From the IMG/VR virus record IMGVR_UViG_3300035682_001186, positions 45,271 through 109,270 of that record: 64,000 bases of DNA; one strand, given 5' to 3'. This DNA comes from a virus. Shown here one piece after another: positions 49,079 to 56,991 of this stretch (the first letter of the stretch is position 1; each line of letters opens with the position of its first letter). Under the pieces are notes generated by a model. The model was not told where the DNA came from. It was given only the letters and a program-made list of their open reading frames with translations, and did no database searches. The position numbers were made by a program, and so were the translations under genes.

Positions 49079-49888
49079 ATGGCATATACTCTAACTTATT
49101 CAATTGGCACGATAACTGTCGTTGATACTACTCTTAATACTCAGACAAGTCTGGCCTTGCCTGGCAGAAACTATGCAGGGTATGGTCAACCGGTTGATCA
49201 AAATCAAATCTCTCTTTTAGAGAATTTTGCTAGTTATCCAGTTACTGGTCCAACTAATCCAATTCCTGGACAAACTTGGTATGATTCTAGTACAACATCT
49301 TTTAAAGTTAATACTAGTGCTAATTCAACTCCTAGTTGGCAATCTTTAGTAGTTTCAGGATCAGCCAGCACATCATTTGGCAACTTAACTGTTACAGGAA
49401 ATTTAACTACTACTCATATTACAACAGGTGGAAACACAATTCCTGGTGATTTTACTGGTAATTGGACATTAACTGCTGGAAGTAGACTAAATGCTACTTA
49501 CGCTGACTTAGGTGAAAGATTTGCCGCTGATGATGAATATGAAGCTGGTACTGTTATGGAAATGGGAGGAATTGCAGAAATTACAGCAGTTCGTGATGAT
49601 TTAAGTGATATAGTATTTGGAGTTATTAGTGAATCGGCTGGTGTTACAATGAACAGTGGCGCCGGATCACAATCTACACATCCAACAATTGCAATGACTG
49701 GTCGTGTTCCTGTTAAAGTTATTGGAAAGATCAGTAAAGGTGATAGATTAGTTTCTGCTGGTAATGGTCTCGCACGTGCGGCCAAGAAAAATGAAGCAAC
49801 TCCATTTAACACTGTTGGGCGTAGTTTAGAAGACAAATTAACTAACAGCGAAGGAAAAGTTCTGGCCGCCGTAAGTGTAAAACTTTAA
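49079..49888 (+). CDS. Tail fibre-type protein with C-terminal intramolecular chaperone/autocleavage-like domain
   Basis: N-terminal L.LPGRNYAGYG...LLENFA....P.NPI.GQ.WYD; C-terminal YADLGERF...GRVPVKVIG.ISKGD.LVS; GATAAATA at 49039-49046. Confidence 0.7.
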   Translation: MAYTLTYSIGTITVVDTTLNTQTSLALPGRNYAGYGQPVDQNQISLLENFASYPVTGPTNPIPGQTWYDSSTTSFKVNTSANSTPSWQSLVVSGSASTSFGNLTVTGNLTTTHITTGGNTIPGDFTGNWTLTAGSRLNATYADLGERFAADDEYEAGTVMEMGGIAEITAVRDDLSDIVFGVISESAGVTMNSGAGSQSTHPTIAMTGRVPVKVIGKISKGDRLVSAGNGLARAAKKNEATPFNTVGRSLEDKLTNSEGKVLAAVSVKL

Positions 49889-49912
49889 TATAAAAATACT
49901 CGGAGCAGATAA

Positions 49913-50842
49913 ATGACTTATGCACTAGGCGGATTAATACAAGCAACGGATCTTAATGGATTTGTTAGCACTGGATCACCAAACTTTAATAATATTTGGT
50001 CTACTGGAAGCAGTGACGCTGGATACGGTCAAACTGCAGTAAGTACAGTTACAGCTGGAACAACGGTTTCATTCAATCCATGGAACACATTAATTACAAA
50101 CATGGCAAGTGCCGCCGCTCATCAAGGTACATCTATAACTGCTATAACTGCTCCAGTAGCCGGAAATACAGTTGCTTATTTGTCAGCGTTAAGTACAAAT
50201 TTGACTAGCATTAATAACGGTAGATTAAATGCAGCTGCGGTGGGAACTGATATTACTACTAGTGCTACAAGAACAACAGATTGGGGCACAGCAGTTTCAA
50301 TACCGGTAGTAACTAGTACCGTTACTATTACATTTTCTTCTGCCACAACTGCCAGATACTTTTTTAATGCCGGTGGAACATTACGGATCAGTTGTAGTCG
50401 TACATTAGGATCAGGTAACCCACAAGATTTAGCATGGACTCAATTATGTACTGACATTGGTACATTGGCATTACCTGCAGTTAGCACAGCACAAACAATA
50501 GCAGGAACAAGTTTCACTGGATTTACGAAAATTGGAGGTGGTGGAACAGCCCCATCAACTTATGTAAGAAATGGATATTATAATTTAACCGGTACTCCTA
50601 CTACATATTTTCGACAATATTCCGATAGTGGAGTATATACTGGTGATAATCTATCAATGAATCTCAGTGTAAGTTCAAACATTGTTACTATTAGTGTAAT
50701 ATTTACTGATGTATCAAGTGGCACTGCAACCGACACTGTAACTGGTAGTTTGACAGTCACAGCTACGGCCAGACCACCATCAACTGTTAATATCGCTAAT
50801 AGTTGGGGAACTCCAACCGTAGCAGTAACAGCACCAGCTTAA
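49913..50842 (+). CDS. Ser/Thr-rich virion structural (fibre-like) protein
   Basis: MTYALGGLIQATD.N...GYGQ...ARYFFNAGG; very T/S/A/G rich; GGAG SD. Confidence 0.65.
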   Translation: MTYALGGLIQATDLNGFVSTGSPNFNNIWSTGSSDAGYGQTAVSTVTAGTTVSFNPWNTLITNMASAAAHQGTSITAITAPVAGNTVAYLSALSTNLTSINNGRLNAAAVGTDITTSATRTTDWGTAVSIPVVTSTVTITFSSATTARYFFNAGGTLRISCSRTLGSGNPQDLAWTQLCTDIGTLALPAVSTAQTIAGTSFTGFTKIGGGGTAPSTYVRNGYYNLTGTPTTYFRQYSDSGVYTGDNLSMNLSVSSNIVTISVIFTDVSSGTATDTVTGSLTVTATARPPSTVNIANSWGTPTVAVTAPA

Positions 50843-50878
50843 ATTTTCTAATCTCATGCAAATAGAATAAGTATTTGC

Positions 50879-51187
50879 ATGAATATAGAACTAATCAAAC
50901 AGACTAGTAAAACAAAGTACTTACATAGTCTTGCAAAAATTGCAAATAAAGAAAATCATGAATCATTACTATTAGTAACTATTAGTGGTGGAACATTTCG
51001 ATCCAGTCCAGAATTAATAGCTTTTTTAGATATTGAATCAATGGGTAATACAGTAATACTATTAGATATCTATGATAATCCAATTAGCGTTGATAGAATA
51101 CAATTGTTAGAACTGTGTATTACAGCATATAAAACCACTATGGATAGTTGGCTTAAATGTTCTGAACAAATAAATGGACAACGATAA
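50879..51187 (+). CDS. Hypothetical protein, possible fibre-assembly factor
   Basis: GGTFRSSPELIAFL...ILLDIYDNPI; late-promoter variant upstream. Confidence 0.6.
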   Translation: MNIELIKQTSKTKYLHSLAKIANKENHESLLLVTISGGTFRSSPELIAFLDIESMGNTVILLDIYDNPISVDRIQLLELCITAYKTTMDSWLKCSEQINGQR

Positions 51188-51990
51188 TGTCTAAAGGTAT
51201 ATTATTATTTGCTATTGACACAGATGAAAAATCATATACTGATATGGCTAGATACTGTACAGAGAAAATTAAAGAACATTTAAACTTACAAGTTGCTTTA
51301 GTTACAAACAAAGATATTACGGATTCTTTGTTTGATCATGTTATTAACATAGAATCAGTAGAGACTCAAAGTAGAATCATTCCATCCACTGGTGTTAAAG
51401 AATCATGGAATAACTTTGGAAGATATCAGGCTTATGACTTAAGTCCATTTGATGAAACAATACTAATGGATACAGATTATATATGTCATAGTAATAAACT
51501 ACTAAAGTTATTTGATATGAATCAATCATTCTTATGCCATAAACGTAGAGTATATCTTGGTAGTCAAATTTATACTGATATTGAATATTTTGGAAAACAA
51601 TTAGAAATGTACTGGGCAACTGTGATATATTTTGATAAAAGTAATGAATCCAAATGTGTATTTGAAATGATGAAAATGATTCAAAAAAATTACGATCATT
51701 ATAGCAAGTTATATCGTTTTAGATCAAGTCCATATCGCAATGATTATGCATTAAGTATAGCATTAAACACTGTATATGGTCACTTAATTCCAAAGTCAGT
51801 AGAAATTCCATGGAGTTTAATGAACGTAGAGTTTAATACAGATATAACATTAAAAACTCCTACTAGTTGGGAATTAAAATTTAAGCGACAAGTAGAAAAC
51901 AAAATAATTGACTATAGAATAACAACATATGATCAAGATTTACATATTTTGAATAAAGATGCATTATTTACTATTATTGACAATAAATGA
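51187..51990 (+). CDS. GT-A-fold (GT8-like) glycosyltransferase
   Basis: YDLSPFDETILMDTDY (DxD), YRNDYALSIA. Confidence 0.7.
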   Translation: MSKGILLFAIDTDEKSYTDMARYCTEKIKEHLNLQVALVTNKDITDSLFDHVINIESVETQSRIIPSTGVKESWNNFGRYQAYDLSPFDETILMDTDYICHSNKLLKLFDMNQSFLCHKRRVYLGSQIYTDIEYFGKQLEMYWATVIYFDKSNESKCVFEMMKMIQKNYDHYSKLYRFRSSPYRNDYALSIALNTVYGHLIPKSVEIPWSLMNVEFNTDITLKTPTSWELKFKRQVENKIIDYRITTYDQDLHILNKDALFTIIDNK

Positions 51991-52754
51991 CACAAGGATA
52001 TATTATTCAAGCCATCAATACTGACACAGTAGATTATCAATCTTGTGCCAGAGTATTGACTAAATCGTTACGTGCAGTGGGTGATACAAGACCAATTACT
52101 ATAGTGACTGAAGTTCCATATGATACTGTCAGTAGTCTAACTCATGGCCCATATGCTGATGATTGGCAACTATATCAACAATCTCCGTATGATGAAACGT
52201 TTAAATTAGAAGCAGACATGATAGTGACCAGATCACTGGACAGTTGGTGGAATTCATTACGTAATCGTGATTTACATATAGCAAATGGATGTAGAAATTA
52301 TCTACAACATGAATCTAAATCTAGATACTATCGTCAAGTACTTGATAGTAATCTATTACCTGATTTATATAATGGAATAACTTATTTTAAGAAATCTGAT
52401 CTGGCAAAACAATTCTTTTTAACAGTAAGAGAAATATTTGCAAATTGGACAGAAATAAATGAAAGTTTAAAACATCCAAGTCAATTAATACATGGAGATA
52501 CTGACACTGTATATGCCATAGCTGCACAGATTATTGGTATTGAAAAATGTACTATTCCGAATAGCCCAATTCAGTTTGTACATATGAAACAAAAGATAAA
52601 CAATGGTATGGTTGAAGATTGGACCAGAGAAATGGTATGGGAATTGATTGGAACAGATTTTAGAATAAACACTGTTAGTCAATTATATCCAGTACACTAT
52701 CATATTAAATCATTGGCAACAAAATTGAACAATATATATGACTCACAAATTTAG
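51987..52754 (+). CDS. GT-A-fold glycosyltransferase-like paralog
   Basis: YQQSPYDETFKLEADM, DTDTVYAIA, FVHMK; paralogous to upstream gene. Confidence 0.65.
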   Translation: MTQGYIIQAINTDTVDYQSCARVLTKSLRAVGDTRPITIVTEVPYDTVSSLTHGPYADDWQLYQQSPYDETFKLEADMIVTRSLDSWWNSLRNRDLHIANGCRNYLQHESKSRYYRQVLDSNLLPDLYNGITYFKKSDLAKQFFLTVREIFANWTEINESLKHPSQLIHGDTDTVYAIAAQIIGIEKCTIPNSPIQFVHMKQKINNGMVEDWTREMVWELIGTDFRINTVSQLYPVHYHIKSLATKLNNIYDSQI

Positions 52755-53031
52755 ATTATATTATAATGATGATGGTACTCCAAAGTACTATAGTATGGAA
52801 GAACTTGAAGGTAATTTCATATTCATTGAGCGATCAGTATTTGAATCTAGTCGTTATGATATAGTGGTGATAAATGGTAAAATAAAATCATTAAGTGAAA
52901 ATATTATTTCCAAATATCACTTAGTCACTGAACAATCCAAATCTACAGTAATGTGTGATAGTGAAGATATATCTATTATTGTAGATAAAACTCAATCATA
53001 TAAATTATGGGACTACACATATAGTAACTAA
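52738..53031 (+). CDS. Hypothetical protein
   Basis: Overlaps upstream ORF, same strand as cluster. Confidence 0.55.
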   Translation: MTHKFRLYYNDDGTPKYYSMEELEGNFIFIERSVFESSRYDIVVINGKIKSLSENIISKYHLVTEQSKSTVMCDSEDISIIVDKTQSYKLWDYTYSN

Positions 53032-53039
53032 ATATTCTG

Positions 53040-53984
53040 ATGAATACAGAATCAATCATTGAATATTTAGATGTAGCTGACTTGGATTGTATATATTTAA
53101 GTTACGATGAACCAAAAAAAGAAGAGTTTTGGGTCAAGATTAAAAATATGGTACCATGGGCCAAACGAGTAGATGGCGTTTATGGTAGTGATGCTGCACA
53201 TAAGGCTGCAGCCGAATCATCTGATACTGAAAGATTCATTCTAATAGATGGCGATAATATGCCAGATCAAAAATTTTTTGATTTAACATTAGAGATTACC
53301 GAACAAAATAAAAATGCTCAGTTTCGTTGGAGAGCCAAGAATCATGTAAACGGACTCTACTACGGTAATGGTGGTATGAGTAGTTGGACCAGATCATTTG
53401 TTAATCGTATGAAAACTCATGAGAATACAGACGGCACAGATCAAACTAATATTGAATTTTGTTTTGATCCACTGTACTGGCCAATGCATGATTGTTATAG
53501 TACTACTTATATTAATCATACGGCAAAACAAGCATGGAGAGCAGGATTTCGTGAGGGCGTTAAGATGTGCACTCGTAGTGGAGTAGTGCCGTCTAGTAAA
53601 CAAGAATTCTTAAAATGGGTGTGGCCTAGAAATTTACAGAATTTAAGTATTTGGCAAACTATAGGTCATGATGTTGAAAATGGATTTTGGGCAATTCATG
53701 GCGCTAGATGTGGTACGTACTATCTGATGTTAGAACAAAATTGGAATCATACTGAGGTCAGAGACTTTAATAAACTTGATGAGTTGTGGGAATTACATAA
53801 GAATGATCAAGAATCAGATTCCATTAAAATTGCTCAAGAACTAAATAAACATCTAGGTACAAACATTATAGAGTTTGATGAACAACAAAGCAAATTTTTC
53901 AAAGACTATATCAGTAAAAATTGGAACAATATGGGTCCAATGATTACAGAATTATCAGTGATTAGATCACAAGAGGGTTGGTAA
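53040..53984 (+). CDS. Glycosyltransferase-like protein (GT-A)
   Basis: IYLSYDEP...RVDGVYG.DAAHKAAA...FILIDGDN (DxD)...AWRAGFREGVK; ACTAAATA-N5-ATG. Confidence 0.65.
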   Translation: MNTESIIEYLDVADLDCIYLSYDEPKKEEFWVKIKNMVPWAKRVDGVYGSDAAHKAAAESSDTERFILIDGDNMPDQKFFDLTLEITEQNKNAQFRWRAKNHVNGLYYGNGGMSSWTRSFVNRMKTHENTDGTDQTNIEFCFDPLYWPMHDCYSTTYINHTAKQAWRAGFREGVKMCTRSGVVPSSKQEFLKWVWPRNLQNLSIWQTIGHDVENGFWAIHGARCGTYYLMLEQNWNHTEVRDFNKLDELWELHKNDQESDSIKIAQELNKHLGTNIIEFDEQQSKFFKDYISKNWNNMGPMITELSVIRSQEGW

Positions 53985-54931
53985 TGGAACATAAATATTT
54001 TAAATTAGAACATAGTAATTCTAGTCATAAAGATTGGTTTGTTGTCAACTGGTGTTTAGGAAATACATGTAATTTTGCATGTAGTTATTGTCCTGATAGT
54101 CTACATGATGGATCAATTCGTTGGCCAGAGTTAGATAAAATAAAATCATTCATTGCCAAAGTAGTAGAACAAACTGCACCTAGAAAAGTATACTTTGAAT
54201 TTACTGGTGGTGAAGTTACTTTATACAAATACTTTACTGAAATTTGTCAATACTGTACAGAATTGGGTGCTAAAGTTGGTCTAATTAGTAATGGTTCACG
54301 TACATTACGTTGGTGGGAAGAACATAAACAATATTTTGATCATGTTTGTTTGAGTTTTCATCCAGAATTTGCAGATCCAGAACACTTTATTAACGTGGCA
54401 AAAATTCTACACAATGATGTACGTACACATGTTAACATCATGATGAGTCCGGAAAAGTTTGATTATTGTTATGATGTTGCTAATAGAGTAAAAGATATTG
54501 GAAATTTAAGTATGGCATTACAACCATTGATTCATGATTTTGGTGATACATTGTTTGATTATAATGACTTTCAAAAACAAATATTTGACAATCAACATGA
54601 ATTGATTACTAAACACATTGTGTTTGATAAATCTTTTGACTATTATCGTGGTGCAATGCGATTACAGTTTGAAGATGGAACTAGTCGTATATCAAGTGCA
54701 CATAGATTCATCAGTGATAAAACTAATGATTGGAGTGGATGGAAATGTTATGCTGGAGTTGAGCAAATCATTGTTGATTTAAGAGGATTAATATATCGTG
54801 GTTGGTGTCGTGTAGGGGATACTATTGGACATGTGTTTGATGATAATCTAAGAATACCTACTGATCCAGTTGTATGTGATAAAACAATGTGTCATTGTAA
54901 CTTTGATATTATGAGTACTAAGGAGAAATAA
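53984..54931 (+). CDS. Radical SAM enzyme with C-terminal SPASM/Twitch-like Cys domain
   Basis: CNFACSYC, FTGGEV, ISNG; C-terminal CYAG...GWC...CDKTMCHC; start placed at TAATG overlap. Confidence 0.9.
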   Translation: MEHKYFKLEHSNSSHKDWFVVNWCLGNTCNFACSYCPDSLHDGSIRWPELDKIKSFIAKVVEQTAPRKVYFEFTGGEVTLYKYFTEICQYCTELGAKVGLISNGSRTLRWWEEHKQYFDHVCLSFHPEFADPEHFINVAKILHNDVRTHVNIMMSPEKFDYCYDVANRVKDIGNLSMALQPLIHDFGDTLFDYNDFQKQIFDNQHELITKHIVFDKSFDYYRGAMRLQFEDGTSRISSAHRFISDKTNDWSGWKCYAGVEQIIVDLRGLIYRGWCRVGDTIGHVFDDNLRIPTDPVVCDKTMCHCNFDIMSTKEK

Positions 54932-55071
54932 TGATAGAAGATTGTCGTTTGAACAACATTGAAATAGTGGACAATCATAAAAATGTAAAAATGTATGATG
55001 ATTCTTATTCGGAAATTATAGAAAATTATCAAGAAGTTATAGATTTTATTGAGCACTGTCATAATGAATGA
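54931..55071 (+). CDS. Small (46 aa) ORF in the radical-SAM cluster
   Basis: Manual translation MIEDCRLNNIEIVDNHKNVKMYDDSYSEIIENYQEVIDFIEHCHNE; AGGAG SD; overlaps both neighbours. Confidence 0.55.
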   Translation: MIEDCRLNNIEIVDNHKNVKMYDDSYSEIIENYQEVIDFIEHCHNE

Positions 55072-56296
55072 CGCTAATACTAATAAACAATTCAGAATCT
55101 ACGATAAGACAAAAAAATATATTAGACTGTCAGTGGATGAGACTATTGCTAGAGGGTTAAACAAATGGCAAGACTGGCAATGTAGTGCCGGAACTAGAGG
55201 ATTATATATAGACTTTGATGGTAATCTTTGGATTTGTAATACGGCTAGTGCCAAGTTAGATAGATTTAATTTTGATGGATGGAGATCAATATTAAAACAG
55301 CATAAACCTGTTAACCCAACTGAAGAATGGTGGCCTATACAAAACAAGTTAGGTTTAGAATATCGTAAAACTAAAGACGCATTTAAAAAAGTTTTAGATA
55401 ATACTGATGAAGTTAAAGCGCAATATCCTGGATTTTTGGGAAATATTTTTGATGGTTATGAATTTCCTAAATCTTGGTTCAATTGTCCTTGGGATAGTTG
55501 TGGATGTGGCGCTGATGTTATATTATCCAAATCAAAAACTATAGATGATAAACAACTGCTTTCTGTTACTAACCATCGTTGGGAAGGAAAACAAAAAACA
55601 TCTGACGATTTAGTTGATGTTATTGACGAATCAACTGCAGTTGAAATGAATTTTCCTATTCCATATCAAATATTATGGGACTTGGGACGTAGATGTAACT
55701 ATGACTGTAGTTACTGTTGGACTAGTGTACATAATAGAACTGATGATCATAAAGATTATGATTTGTTAATAAGTACGGCAGATGATCTGATTTATAATTG
55801 GGCTAAAGGTCAGAGTATACGTTGGAATTTTGGTGGTGGTGAACCGACATTACACCCTAGATTTTTAGATTTTTTAAAATATCTTAAAAGTCATAATCAA
55901 TGGACAATGGTAACATCAAATGGAACCAGAGATCATAAATACTGGACAGAGGCAGTTAAGTATATGAATAGTATTAATTTAAGTGCTCACTTTGATGGAT
56001 TATTAGATGAAAAAGATGAAGATCGTTTTGTGAAAAATATTGAATCAATTTGTAAACATTTTGACGAACATAATGATGATCATTGGCTAGAGATTAAATT
56101 AATGGCCCCACCACAATATATAGATAGAGCATTGAGACTTAGAGATAAAATCAAGTCATTGGGCACATTAGATAAACTTGGCGCCAATAATAGAATAAAA
56201 GGTATGATTAGTCTTGTACCAATTAGAGGACTTGGCGATAGTGGTATACTAGTTGAATATACAGAAGAACAATTAGATATTTTTAGGACACAATAA
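55064..56296 (+). CDS. Radical SAM enzyme with N-terminal SPASM-like domain
   Basis: N-terminal WQCSAG...WIC...CPWDSCGCGAD, then CNYDCSYC, GGGEPT, TSNG; start placed at ATG 55064. Confidence 0.88.
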   Translation: MNDANTNKQFRIYDKTKKYIRLSVDETIARGLNKWQDWQCSAGTRGLYIDFDGNLWICNTASAKLDRFNFDGWRSILKQHKPVNPTEEWWPIQNKLGLEYRKTKDAFKKVLDNTDEVKAQYPGFLGNIFDGYEFPKSWFNCPWDSCGCGADVILSKSKTIDDKQLLSVTNHRWEGKQKTSDDLVDVIDESTAVEMNFPIPYQILWDLGRRCNYDCSYCWTSVHNRTDDHKDYDLLISTADDLIYNWAKGQSIRWNFGGGEPTLHPRFLDFLKYLKSHNQWTMVTSNGTRDHKYWTEAVKYMNSINLSAHFDGLLDEKDEDRFVKNIESICKHFDEHNDDHWLEIKLMAPPQYIDRALRLRDKIKSLGTLDKLGANNRIKGMISLVPIRGLGDSGILVEYTEEQLDIFRTQ

Positions 56297-56298
56297 TC

Positions 56299-56988
56299 AT
56301 GAATTTACAAGAAATACATCGACTGATAGACAAGCATTTGCCAATGGTGAGATTTGAAGATTTAAAAGTAATAATTGAACTTTTGAATTATACAAAACCT
56401 AACTCTATTTTAGAATTAGGCACCGGCACCGGCGGGTGGATATTATCTATCAACGAAGCTCTAGACCACGATATGTCCTTTATCGGATATGAAAATTTTA
56501 AATGGGATAGTATTGGTCAACAGTTTACGGATATTAAACAATTAGAAACTCAATTACATCTGATATCAAAAAATAATAAAATTACATTAAAAGACAGTGA
56601 TGTAACTAAGTTAGATAATTTAGAGTTTAATGGTCAGTTATTTGATGTAGTAAGATTAGATTGTTTAGAAGAAAGCAATGATATCGATAGATTATTTTAC
56701 AAAATATTTCCTTACACATCGGATAATTGTATTTTTTTAGTAGATGATATAGTACCAAATAATTGCCCAAATAGATTTTTAACCTACATGAATAAAGTAG
56801 GCGACGGCATATTAAAACCAATCTGGTTTGGTAATAAAGAAGGCGCATGGTGTAAATACTCTTATAACCACAATCCATTACTAGATCATGTAATATTTCA
56901 TATCAAAGATGAGATATCATACAGTGACAATCTCATACATTGGTACAATAAACAAGAAAAATATTTACAGACTAGAGGGTCGATTTAA
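56299..56988 (+). CDS. Class I SAM-dependent methyltransferase
   Basis: ILELGTGTGG motif I; FDVVRLD; FLVDD. Confidence 0.8.
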   Translation: MNLQEIHRLIDKHLPMVRFEDLKVIIELLNYTKPNSILELGTGTGGWILSINEALDHDMSFIGYENFKWDSIGQQFTDIKQLETQLHLISKNNKITLKDSDVTKLDNLEFNGQLFDVVRLDCLEESNDIDRLFYKIFPYTSDNCIFLVDDIVPNNCPNRFLTYMNKVGDGILKPIWFGNKEGAWCKYSYNHNPLLDHVIFHIKDEISYSDNLIHWYNKQEKYLQTRGSI

Positions 56989-56991
56989 AAT

